Virus record (IMG/VR): IMGVR_UViG_3300042923_000474
Location: 167,725 to 231,724 of that record
Strand: one strand, 5' to 3'
Length of the DNA: 64,000 nucleotides
Under the pieces are notes generated by a model that saw only the letters and a program-made list of their open reading frames with translations, was not told where the DNA came from and searched no databases. This document shows positions 19,854 to 28,127 of this stretch, one piece after another (position 1 is the stretch's first letter; every line of letters begins with the position of its first letter). Made by a program: the position numbers and the translations under genes.

Positions 19854-20315
19854 ATGTCCGCTTTTCGTTTGAGTGACCGTCGCCTGTTTATCCCAGGTGT
19901 TGGAATCATTCCGTATATCCGCTACTTGCGTCTGACCAAAGCTGGTCACCGTCAGTACCTGCTTGTGAAAGGAAAGCATGTTACACACAGTTTCGGCATC
20001 TATGGTGACAATGGGCGTGAGCCTTTGTTGCTCGCCTTGGAAGCCTTGGAAAAGGAGTATGGAGTAATCCGCACAGGTAGTGTACTGCGGAAGCGGGAAC
20101 GCAAAGACAAAAAGAATCCAACAGGGATGGTGGGTGTCTTCCGTAAGGAAGGCTATCTGTCACAGCCGTATCAGGTGACCTGCCCTTACGAGACCAATGA
20201 AGCAGTAGGCAGTTTGTCGAAAGCTTACATGGTACGAGAAGCAGCAGTAGCCGAGTATGAACGCAAGAACATACTCACGCGCGGTCAGGTGCTGGCACAA
20301 GCATCCAGCCTGTAG
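19854..20315 (+). CDS. Putative DNA-binding protein with AP2-like C-terminal domain
   Basis: KKNPTGMVGVFR...GSLSKAYMVREAA resembles AP2 NTSG..GV..EAA. Confidence 0.5.
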   Translation: MSAFRLSDRRLFIPGVGIIPYIRYLRLTKAGHRQYLLVKGKHVTHSFGIYGDNGREPLLLALEALEKEYGVIRTGSVLRKRERKDKKNPTGMVGVFRKEGYLSQPYQVTCPYETNEAVGSLSKAYMVREAAVAEYERKNILTRGQVLAQASSL

Positions 20316-20376
20316 GAAACTTTTCCGGTGCAACCCAGCCAACACAGAGTGGCCTGGTTGCACCCTAGGAGCAACA

Positions 20377-20928
20377 ATGCTTCAAGAGCCAATTATTCGT
20401 AACGGGATAATCTTAGATCCCAAAAAAGACGGCGTCACGCACATCAACGTGTACACCGGGGGTGCTACCGTCGTAGGACGGGAAGGCAGTAATCTTTACG
20501 AAGCCCCAACTGACAGTCCACGACTGATTCTTCGCGAGTCAGACAAAGCCCTTATTGCCATCGGTCACTTTAAGACACTGGAGGGGACTTGGTGGTGGTT
20601 GTCAGGTGGGATGGTTGATGACTATTTTAGGACGTGCTCTGGTTTTGACGCGCGCAAACGTGGCAGTTCCATCCCTAAAGAAGACAGGGTAGAATTGCCG
20701 TCGTTTAAACACGAGATTCGGTATGCGATAGCCCTCAAATACAGAACTCATCCTGAGATACTCGATCGACTCCTTAACTCTACTTTACCCCTAACTCACT
20801 ACTACGTCTTCGGTAAGAAGTCTGCCAATCCGTTGGTAAGAACTGCCGATCGGAGTATGTGGGTCATTAAGTTCCTGGAAGAAATACGGGAAACCAAGGG
20901 GGAGGTAATAAATCAAATTCTGACGTGA
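20377..20928 (+). CDS. NADAR-like protein
   Basis: Start ATG 20377 (AGGAG); DGVTHINVY..SNLY..GHFKTLEGTWWW..K..HP..L.NSTLPLTHYY. Confidence 0.55.
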   Translation: MLQEPIIRNGIILDPKKDGVTHINVYTGGATVVGREGSNLYEAPTDSPRLILRESDKALIAIGHFKTLEGTWWWLSGGMVDDYFRTCSGFDARKRGSSIPKEDRVELPSFKHEIRYAIALKYRTHPEILDRLLNSTLPLTHYYVFGKKSANPLVRTADRSMWVIKFLEEIRETKGEVINQILT

Positions 20929-20967
20929 CGACGCTGTGCAAGCCGCCTGCGTCGACGGAGAGCTTTT

Positions 20968-21834
20968 ATGACCGACCAACCACCAGTCATGCAACTCAAC
21001 ATCGCCGAGACGGTCAACGTTCTCGAAGGTCTGGACCTGTACGTTTTGGCTCCAGGTAATTCAAGTGCAATTCGCGTGGAGGATCACGAGAGCTGCTTTA
21101 AGTTTCACGTAACCTGCACCAACACCAGCAATGGTGAGCGCACCAAAGAGAAGTTTGCCCTACACGGCCGACTGCAATCTCGCAAGGGCGTGGGTATCGA
21201 CCACAAGTTCGTGGTGGATCAGTTTGAGAAGACACTCAAGCAGTACCTCGCCGACAAGTCGATGATTGTGTCTGACGACCTGCCTATGGGTTCGACTGTC
21301 GTGCATGCGATCTACCGGCACACCTTTGCCGCGGGTTCTCGTGTGGGCAGCTACGCTAACGGCGTGGGCGTCTTCTCGCAACCTATCGAAACCAACTTCA
21401 CCATCTCTGAAGATCCGATCGAGAAGTTGGAAGCGATGGATGGTCAGTACACGCTGGCAGTCATCGGCGATGACCTGATCAAGTTCTACTTGGGTGAAGA
21501 GCCGCCGGTCTGGGGCTACAAGCATGAAGAGAAAGATGTATGGCGCCCTATCAAGAAGCGTCCTACTCCTTCGATCATCTCGGCCTGCCTGGATCACTTC
21601 ACGCAGTTTGTTTGCGAGAAGAACAAGCAGATCGAAGTCTACGCCAATGATCGACATGCGGAACTTGTCCAATTGGTTCTGGATCGACAAGCGGCACGCA
21701 ATGCGCCGGTTGATCTGGACCACCCTGTAGGGGAAACTCCGCAGGTTTTGGCAGAGGTCGAGGCACCTTCCGAGAAGCCTGGTTTGCTCAAACGAGTAGC
21801 CAGCGCAATCGGTATGGGAGCAATCCAAGGGTAA
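20968..21834 (+). CDS. Hypothetical protein
   Basis: 288 aa ORF with GGAG RBS. Confidence 0.85.
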   Translation: MTDQPPVMQLNIAETVNVLEGLDLYVLAPGNSSAIRVEDHESCFKFHVTCTNTSNGERTKEKFALHGRLQSRKGVGIDHKFVVDQFEKTLKQYLADKSMIVSDDLPMGSTVVHAIYRHTFAAGSRVGSYANGVGVFSQPIETNFTISEDPIEKLEAMDGQYTLAVIGDDLIKFYLGEEPPVWGYKHEEKDVWRPIKKRPTPSIISACLDHFTQFVCEKNKQIEVYANDRHAELVQLVLDRQAARNAPVDLDHPVGETPQVLAEVEAPSEKPGLLKRVASAIGMGAIQG

Positions 21835-21844
21835 CTGCAGTAAA

Positions 21845-21863
21845 GGGGGAGGTTGACTCCCCC
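21845..21863 (+). terminator. Hairpin
   Basis: GGGGGAG/CTCCCCC; T7 run 12 nt downstream. Confidence 0.5.
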
Positions 21864-21905
21864 AACACCGCGGTTATTTTTTTGTACCTAGGCCAGGACC
21901 CCGCC

Positions 21906-22472
21906 ATGGACAAGTCGTTTTTTACCAAGGTAACGGGTGACACTATCACTGCAGGGCGCCTCACTTTGGCCACCCTGCGGCTCACACACCGCTTGGGGTT
22001 CAGACGAATATTCTCGTTCGTCTATCGCCACTTCACAAAGGAGGGTCGTAACTGGAAAACCATGGAGACTTTGAGTCATGAGGGAGAACGGGTCGTCCTT
22101 GAGATGATCTCGGATAACCCAACCCTCAGCTGGCTTGAGCGTCGCATGCAAACACACGTCGAGGTTTCAGTCGACCGAAGGACGTGGTGGGCGTTACTTG
22201 AGATCTTTGAGGATCATCAGGTAACTTACATGGTGCAAGACTTTTTAAAGCACGGTCGGTCAGAGGACTTGCAAGCCTTTGGCCGTACATGTACAGGATT
22301 GGCTGATCAAATGTTGCGTGTCTCCAGCACTCACCCGACTCGTGGGGCTGTCGTTACGGAACCCGATTATATTCGCGCCGTTGCTATTCAGCAGCTGGCT
22401 GCATGCTTCGCGACCTTTCCACTTTTGTGTCGCACTGAAGATCAAATCAGGCATTGTCTGAAGGCTTATTGA
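21906..22472 (+). CDS. Hypothetical protein
   Basis: Start ATG 21906. Confidence 0.75.
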   Translation: MDKSFFTKVTGDTITAGRLTLATLRLTHRLGFRRIFSFVYRHFTKEGRNWKTMETLSHEGERVVLEMISDNPTLSWLERRMQTHVEVSVDRRTWWALLEIFEDHQVTYMVQDFLKHGRSEDLQAFGRTCTGLADQMLRVSSTHPTRGAVVTEPDYIRAVAIQQLAACFATFPLLCRTEDQIRHCLKAY

Positions 22473-22485
22473 TCTACCAATTTTG

Positions 22486-22522
22486 GGAGGTATCTATTGA
22501 GGTACCTCCCTCTTTGTTTTAT
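22486..22522 (+). terminator. Hairpin terminator
   Basis: GGGAGGTA/TACCTCCC then TCTTTGTTTTATG. Confidence 0.6.
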
Positions 22523-22539
22523 GACCCCAAGGAGCGAAA

Positions 22540-23217
22540 ATGGATAAGCCCGTTGTTCGTTTGGCATTGCTGTCTACTGACCATGAAGACATGGAAGGTT
22601 ACGAAGCGAGCCTGCGTACGTTGTTCGAACAAACCGTTACACGCATTGGCCACTTCAGCTGGGAGATTGACAACCCACGCCTTCTAGTGAACCACGGCGG
22701 TCGTGACCATTACGACGATGGCGATAAACACGCTGTCATGATGCATGTGCAGATTCCAAAGCGCATGGAACGTGATGTGTCGCTGTTCCAGGAACTGTTC
22801 GTCAACACTTACGCCAACCGTGAGTTTGCCGATCCTGACATCAACAAGACCTTCACTCTGGCCTTGTTCGAAGTTGTACCAGTGGGCAAGCAGAGCTATA
22901 CCCTGGGCCGCGTCAAGCTGATCACCAACGTGACCTTTGCTCGTATCGGCATTGGTAGTGGGACCTACGGTGGACAGGATACTGTCATGCCTCTGGCGCG
23001 GTACCACGACATTCCGGTGGATTGGAAGTCGATCCCTGAACGGCCTGCCTATATCCCACCGTTGGCCGATGAAGAAGGTACCAGCACCTTCACCATCTCC
23101 GGTCGTGAGCTGATCGCCAACGCTAAGGCGCGTCAGCGTCTAAGCGACATGGCCCACGCGATGGTGCAAACCATCTCTGCTGCAGAGCCAAAAGCGAAAG
23201 CCCCGGCCAAGAAGTAA
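22540..23217 (+). CDS. Hypothetical protein
   Basis: AAGGAG RBS; ends at UACG hairpin. Confidence 0.85.
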   Translation: MDKPVVRLALLSTDHEDMEGYEASLRTLFEQTVTRIGHFSWEIDNPRLLVNHGGRDHYDDGDKHAVMMHVQIPKRMERDVSLFQELFVNTYANREFADPDINKTFTLALFEVVPVGKQSYTLGRVKLITNVTFARIGIGSGTYGGQDTVMPLARYHDIPVDWKSIPERPAYIPPLADEEGTSTFTISGRELIANAKARQRLSDMAHAMVQTISAAEPKAKAPAKK

Positions 23218-23224
23218 CCGTCTG

Positions 23225-23253
23225 CCTCCACCCTACGGGGTGGAGGTTTATGG
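23225..23253 (+). terminator. Hairpin terminator
   Basis: CCTCCACCC-TACG-GGGTGGAGG-TTTATG. Confidence 0.8.
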
Positions 23254-23279
23254 TCTTGGGTTCTTTTTTAACGCATTTT

Positions 23280-23303
23280 GAAACCTAGATTATCGACTTG
23301 CAT
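23280..23303 (+). promoter_or_regulatory. Putative phage early promoter
   Basis: GAAACCTAGATTATCGACTTGCAT before sspB. Confidence 0.7.
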
Positions 23304-23323
23304 ACACCTCTAAAGGAATTGTC

Positions 23324-23767
23324 ATGGCAACCACTCACCAACGCATTCGTCCTTCTCTGACCCGGCATCTGCTGTTGGGTTACCTGCAATGGTTCCAGGA
23401 GGTCGAAGACGCTGAGAAGTGCTACATCATCGTAGACACCACACGCTGCCCATTGCCTGAGCATCTGCACAAGTTCGTGGACGATCAGAACATGATCATT
23501 CTGGACATCTCGGGTCCTGCGGTGCGTGACTTCGAGGCCACTGCGGAGACGTTGAGCTTCTCCTGCAAGTTCACGGGCGTGGATACCCACATGGAGATTG
23601 AGTGGCCGGCCATCTATTCGATCTATTGCATCACTCGTGATCAGCAGCCGATCATGCAGATGATGATGGGTGGCTATACGCCGCACGAGTTCAAAACCGT
23701 TAAACAAGAAACCCCACCTACCGCATCCGAAGCCAAGCCCGGCCCAGGTCTGCGTGTCGTCAAGTAA
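23324..23767 (+). CDS. sspB: SspB-like ClpXP adaptor
   Basis: YLQWF..YIIVD..IILDISGPAV..LSFSCKFTG..IYSIY core and C-terminal GLRVVK (ClpX-binding XB motif). Confidence 0.85.
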   Translation: MATTHQRIRPSLTRHLLLGYLQWFQEVEDAEKCYIIVDTTRCPLPEHLHKFVDDQNMIILDISGPAVRDFEATAETLSFSCKFTGVDTHMEIEWPAIYSIYCITRDQQPIMQMMMGGYTPHEFKTVKQETPPTASEAKPGPGLRVVK

Positions 23768-23776
23768 GGACTGAAT

Positions 23777-25120
23777 ATGAAAGAGCCAATCGGCCTCGGC
23801 CAGTTGAACAAATTGCAACGTCTGATCAAGCGTTTGCTGGAACACGGCATCCCGAAAGATGACCGTACCGGTGTGGGTACTCTGAGTGAGTTCGGCCACA
23901 TCGAACGTTACAACTTGGAGGAAGGCCATCCTCATGAGTCTGCCAAGTTCACCCCGTTCAAGATCAACGTGGCTGAACTGCTGTGGATCATCTCCGGCAG
24001 CACTCGCCTGAAGTTCCTCAAGGAGTACGGTTGCCACGTGTGGGACGAATGGGTTAAGCCTGGCACTGAAGTGTGGGGTAAGACCTACACGTACGCTGAG
24101 CGCTTGGACATTCTGAACAAGCGTGTGGAAAGCGGCAAGATCCCAGAAGCCGACAAAGATCACTACGTCGATACCTGGCTGAGTGTCAGCAACGGCGCCG
24201 TGATGACGGAAGAAGATGTGGTCAACATGTTGAACCACTTCGAGATCCCAACTCAGGAACTGATCGACGGTGAACTGGGCCCTGTGTACGGTCAGCAGTG
24301 GCGCAACATTGTTGACACTCGCGTGATTGAAGATCATGAGCGCGAGGAGTATGAGGCACGCGGTTACGAAATGATCGGCTCTATGCTGACCATGGAAGAT
24401 CTGTCCGACATGAAGTGCAATGGCAGCAAGACGGTCATGCAGCGTAAGATCGACCAGCTGGCCAATGTGATCGAACAGCTCAAAACCAAGCCAGACGATC
24501 GCGGCATTATCGTCAATGCTTGGCACGTGCCTGATCTGGATCAAATGGCGCTGCGCCCTTGTCACACGCTGTTCCAATTCGAAACCACTCGTCGTCCTTG
24601 GGATGAGGTGTTCTCTGAGATTCTTCAGGAAGACCACTACGAGGAATTCGACAGCGTCGTTGTTGGCATGTCTTCGGACAGTAAGGGCGGTGAAGATTGG
24701 ATCGAGGCACAGAAGCCTGGCGGTGGGTGGCGTCACCCAGACTACTACAAGACCGGTTATGCGTTTGCCGAACTTAAGGGTCTGTCCACTCGCAAGCTGA
24801 ACTGCCTGCTGTACATGCGTTCGAACGACAGCTTCTTGGGTCGTCCGTTCAACGTGTCTCAGTACGCACTGCTGACCCGCATGGTTGCGCAAGTGGTGAA
24901 CATGAACCCTGGTGAGTTTATCCTCGTCAACGGTGATGTGCACCTTTACAACTCGCACATTGAGCAGGCCAAGGAGCTGTTGAAACAAGACGGTACCTTG
25001 CCACTGCCTTGGGTGAAGATCAACCCAGAAGTTCTGACCATCGACGGTTTCCAGGTCAGCGACTTTGAGCTTTTAAATTACAAGCATGGGCCACGCATTG
25101 GCGCCCCCGTAGCTGTATAA
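23777..25120 (+). CDS. thyA: Thymidylate synthase with three insertions
   Basis: DDRTGVGT, ELLW, WDEW, LGPVYGQQWR, RPCH, RSND..LG.PFN, GDVHLY. Confidence 0.95.
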   Translation: MKEPIGLGQLNKLQRLIKRLLEHGIPKDDRTGVGTLSEFGHIERYNLEEGHPHESAKFTPFKINVAELLWIISGSTRLKFLKEYGCHVWDEWVKPGTEVWGKTYTYAERLDILNKRVESGKIPEADKDHYVDTWLSVSNGAVMTEEDVVNMLNHFEIPTQELIDGELGPVYGQQWRNIVDTRVIEDHEREEYEARGYEMIGSMLTMEDLSDMKCNGSKTVMQRKIDQLANVIEQLKTKPDDRGIIVNAWHVPDLDQMALRPCHTLFQFETTRRPWDEVFSEILQEDHYEEFDSVVVGMSSDSKGGEDWIEAQKPGGGWRHPDYYKTGYAFAELKGLSTRKLNCLLYMRSNDSFLGRPFNVSQYALLTRMVAQVVNMNPGEFILVNGDVHLYNSHIEQAKELLKQDGTLPLPWVKINPEVLTIDGFQVSDFELLNYKHGPRIGAPVAV

Positions 25121-25127
25121 CCAAACT

Positions 25128-25158
25128 GGCCGAGGGGATGACCCTCGGCCTTTATGCC
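25128..25158 (+). terminator. Hairpin terminator
   Basis: GGCCGAGGG/CCCTCGGCC-TTTATGCC. Confidence 0.8.
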
Positions 25159-25171
25159 ACAAGGAGTTCCC

Positions 25172-25426
25172 ATGTTACTCGCGAAGGGCTTTGCATATCT
25201 GTTGTTCACAACCACGGTTATAACTGGTACCACCAAACCGACCGTGGATACCGACACCACCCACATTCCAGATAAAGCAGGCTGCGTTCAAGCAGTGGCC
25301 GACTTTATCAATGAGGGGGCCTACAAGAACTATGGCACCTACGGTTCTTCTGAAATCAAACTCGGTGACGGGTTGGTGATGAAGAAAACCGCGAAGTGCT
25401 CCAAGATCGGACAAGGGGAAGAGTAA
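25172..25426 (+). CDS. Small exported/membrane protein
   Basis: AAGGAG RBS; hydrophobic N-terminus, two Cys. Confidence 0.7.
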   Translation: MLLAKGFAYLLFTTTVITGTTKPTVDTDTTHIPDKAGCVQAVADFINEGAYKNYGTYGSSEIKLGDGLVMKKTAKCSKIGQGEE

Positions 25427-25875
25427 TGGAGTTAGCAGAAAAGATTCGCCGCATTCAGGACAAGTTGGGTAAAACTTGCAACGTCTCTCAATGTGGCGTG
25501 GGTGTTCCTTTACCGGAGCCACCCATCGTGGACATGGGTGATCAGATCATGATCTACGTGATCATCCCTGAGCCGGGTGAAGAGATTCAATCCGGGCAGC
25601 ACGAGGCGCATGCGTGGGAGATGGCGTACTTCACGGTATTCGATCGCATGTCTTTCAATGACGACCCTATCGAAGTTCAGGCTCAGTCGATCTACGACAA
25701 CTGGACCAAGAAGGGTTTCAAGAAAGACGGCAAGTCCGAACACCCCGTTGAGAAGGCATTGTTCTATCTCAGTCTGGTGATCATGGCCCCAATGGCCGAT
25801 GGTTCTCCAAGCTGCTTTGAACGGGCCAAGACTCTCATTCTCGCTCATTGCACTGTGGGCAAGGGCGCACAATAA
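25426..25875 (+). CDS. Hypothetical protein
   Basis: TAATG coupling at 25424-25428. Confidence 0.8.
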   Translation: MELAEKIRRIQDKLGKTCNVSQCGVGVPLPEPPIVDMGDQIMIYVIIPEPGEEIQSGQHEAHAWEMAYFTVFDRMSFNDDPIEVQAQSIYDNWTKKGFKKDGKSEHPVEKALFYLSLVIMAPMADGSPSCFERAKTLILAHCTVGKGAQ

Positions 25876-25890
25876 CAAGCTGTACTCAAT

Positions 25891-25914
25891 CGGGCTGGGC
25901 AATCTCCCAGCCCG
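25891..25914 (+). terminator. Hairpin
   Basis: CGGGCTGGG/CCCAGCCCG. Confidence 0.6.
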
Positions 25915-25938
25915 CATTTGATCATTAAGGATATCACC

Positions 25939-26805
25939 ATGACCGTAATCGCTACCCCGAACAACCCGGCTTCCAATAAATCCGTCCGCGTCAATGTGGA
26001 CCGTGCACCTCAAGTCTGGGCACGTAATGAAGTGTACCGCGGTGGCCACCCTGAGTGGACTGGCGAGAACGTGCCTAACGCCGGCGACATGATTGACATG
26101 GGTGGGTTCAAATACCTGAGCGTGACCTCGGTTGACCTTACCACTGGTGATTGGGTGGCTGAGGAGAAGGAAGGTAATGTGGGTCTGGCGATGGACGACT
26201 ACCTGTGCCGGCTGGCAGGCACCTCGCAAGACGAACCTGCTCCGTCAACCATGGTGCACGTACAAACCAAAACCCGCGATGCCGATGCTGGGTTGGGTGC
26301 TCGTGCAAAACTGACTGCTCGTCGAGCTGCTCGAAAGACTGCACAGGTCTTTCGCTGGTCGATTACCGCGGCCATCTCTCTGATCATCATCAGTGCTGCA
26401 GTCATTGCCACCTACGGCTACAAGACCATGGTGGTTGGCAACGACGCGTTTGAACGCAACTGTTCGGTCAAGTTGAGCAATGGCACAGAAGTCACCGGTA
26501 AGCGGGGTTATGTTCAGAAGTACCGTGAAGTCTTCGGCTTCAAGATTGCCAACACTCGTGAAGCTTACGAGAAAACCACTCTGGACGTCCGTGGGGCTGC
26601 CCTGACCGTTGTGGGACAATACACTAAGGCCAAGCCTATCAATCCAGAAGACAGCACTGTACCGGCTCCTGAGGAGCGCTGGTGGGCTGCTCAGATGGAA
26701 GTAGGTGACAAAGAGCGCCTGGTGCTCAGGGGTGCTGACAACTACACCTTTGTAATGGGTAAAGGCGTCGCCGTTATCAAGTACCAAGAGTTTTGCAAGG
26801 GGTAA
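25939..26805 (+). CDS. Single-pass membrane protein
   Basis: TM segment SITAAISLIIISAAVIATYGY; start ATG 25939 after AAGGA. Confidence 0.8.
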   Translation: MTVIATPNNPASNKSVRVNVDRAPQVWARNEVYRGGHPEWTGENVPNAGDMIDMGGFKYLSVTSVDLTTGDWVAEEKEGNVGLAMDDYLCRLAGTSQDEPAPSTMVHVQTKTRDADAGLGARAKLTARRAARKTAQVFRWSITAAISLIIISAAVIATYGYKTMVVGNDAFERNCSVKLSNGTEVTGKRGYVQKYREVFGFKIANTREAYEKTTLDVRGAALTVVGQYTKAKPINPEDSTVPAPEERWWAAQMEVGDKERLVLRGADNYTFVMGKGVAVIKYQEFCKG

Positions 26806-26807
26806 CC

Positions 26808-27308
26808 ATGTTCGAGGTAAAAGCGGAGGGAAGCAGTTACTCGTCCACTTCCACCCGTTCTGTAAAGGAAGTGGAGAAGGGTTGTTATGTGTTGGAACAT
26901 GTCAGCACTGGCAAGGTCATTGTGGGTGTTTCCGAGCATGTTACTGTTGAGGTCAATCGGAACCTCGACAGCCTGTACGGTGAGACCCACAATAACAAAC
27001 ACTTGAACGAGGTCTGCAAACGAGACCCAGAGCTGCGCGTTCATGTGTACCCTACTAAGACTGTCCGGCAGGCTGAGAAGCTGGCCAAAGAAATCAAAGA
27101 CAGCGTGGAGCCTAAGTATCTTTTTCTAGGGGATAAACCAGAGAGGAAGAAACCATGCCCAGCAAAAGTGAAAAGCAAGCCCGCACCATGCGCGGAGCAG
27201 CCCACGACAAAGAGTTCGCGGACAGAGTCAACATCCCCCAAGATGTTGCCCGAGAATACGTCGAAGCCGACCGTAAAGAGCGGGACAAAAAAGAAAGCAA
27301 GTAAGTGA
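26808..27308 (+). CDS. Degenerate GIY-YIG-like protein
   Basis: GCYVLEHVSTGKVIVGVS...R...HNNKHL. Confidence 0.6.
   Translation: MFEVKAEGSSYSSTSTRSVKEVEKGCYVLEHVSTGKVIVGVSEHVTVEVNRNLDSLYGETHNNKHLNEVCKRDPELRVHVYPTKTVRQAEKLAKEIKDSVEPKYLFLGDKPERKKPCPAKVKSKPAPCAEQPTTKSSRTESTSPKMLPENTSKPTVKSGTKKKASK
27155..27304 (+). CDS. 49-aa basic helical protein nested out of frame in the GIY-YIG-like ORF
   Basis: GAGG RBS; MPSKSEKQARTMRGAAHDKEFADRVNIPQDVAREYVEADRKERDKKESK; not in ORF track. Confidence 0.8.
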   Translation: MPSKSEKQARTMRGAAHDKEFADRVNIPQDVAREYVEADRKERDKKESK

Positions 27309-27310
27309 CT

Positions 27311-27340
27311 GGCACCGGGGCAACCCGGTGCCTTTCTATT
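27311..27340 (+). terminator. Hairpin terminator
   Basis: GGCACCGGG-GCAA-CCCGGTGCC-TTTCTATT. Confidence 0.75.
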
Positions 27341-27357
27341 CGTTATCGGAGAGTCCC

Positions 27358-27726
27358 ATGGAATTCAATCGCACTCACATTGTTGCCGCCCTCAAAGGTA
27401 TCAGCATTGCTATCGACACTCGGACCCCAGAAGGTCCTGAGGAACAAATCAGCACCCAGATCACAGTGGCCCTACAGATCGACGACAACCGTGGTAATGA
27501 CGTGGGTGCCCGTGGTGTGGTCTACGAGGGTGAGACCATCGACGAGTCTCTGCAACGTACCCAGGGCGAGGCCTTTGATCGGGCTATCCGCGCCTGTACC
27601 ACCATCCACAAGTTAAAAGAAGGCGACGCCCTCAAAAACAATGCCCTCTACAAGCGGGTGATGTTGATGGACGAGGCCATTCGTGCTCGTGCTGAATACG
27701 TTGCCGAGATGGGGGAGAACCTGTGA
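27358..27726 (+). CDS. Hypothetical protein
   Basis: Start ATG 27358 (GGAG). Confidence 0.8.
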   Translation: MEFNRTHIVAALKGISIAIDTRTPEGPEEQISTQITVALQIDDNRGNDVGARGVVYEGETIDESLQRTQGEAFDRAIRACTTIHKLKEGDALKNNALYKRVMLMDEAIRARAEYVAEMGENL

Positions 27727-28127
27727 AGGAAGCATTTAAAGCAAGTGCAAAGAACTTCTTCAACTGGCTCAGCTGGAGAAAGGTTCGTCGGGCCTGCTAC
27801 TGGCTTCTGTTTGCTTGGGTGCTGTTGTTTGGCCTGAGCAGCTGTACGATGAAGTGGGTCAAGATGAATGCCATTTCATCGTACATGAAAACGTTGGACC
27901 CACAAGAACTGCGGGACACCGTTAACTGGCGTCGTGCCAACTGGATCAACACCTGCGTCAACAATGGTGCGGCGGGTGTGTTGGGTGGGGCTACCATTGC
28001 AGCCGATGCCATTGAGGCGTGTAAGCGCACTGGCTTCGAATTGTTCCCGGAACAAGACTGGGTAGCATTGGCCAAAGCCAACCGTAACGAATCGTACGAA
28101 CAGTTTCTTTGGGATACCCGTCCATGA
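27723..28127 (+). CDS. Single-pass membrane protein with Cys pair
   Basis: N-terminal TM; C...C-x6-FP-x3-W. Confidence 0.75.
   Translation: MKEAFKASAKNFFNWLSWRKVRRACYWLLFAWVLLFGLSSCTMKWVKMNAISSYMKTLDPQELRDTVNWRRANWINTCVNNGAAGVLGGATIAADAIEACKRTGFELFPEQDWVALAKANRNESYEQFLWDTRP

Noticed and set aside
23285-24988. Long antisense ORFs (also 29063-30904, 34487-35560, 41263-42435, 60280-61824, 6661-7755)
   Set aside because: Shadow frames of codon-biased genes; no RBS or recognisable motifs.
23777-25120. dCMP or dUMP hydroxymethylase (modified-base pathway)
   Set aside because: PFN Asn, the DHFR partner and no glycosyltransferase in the window fit an ordinary ThyA.
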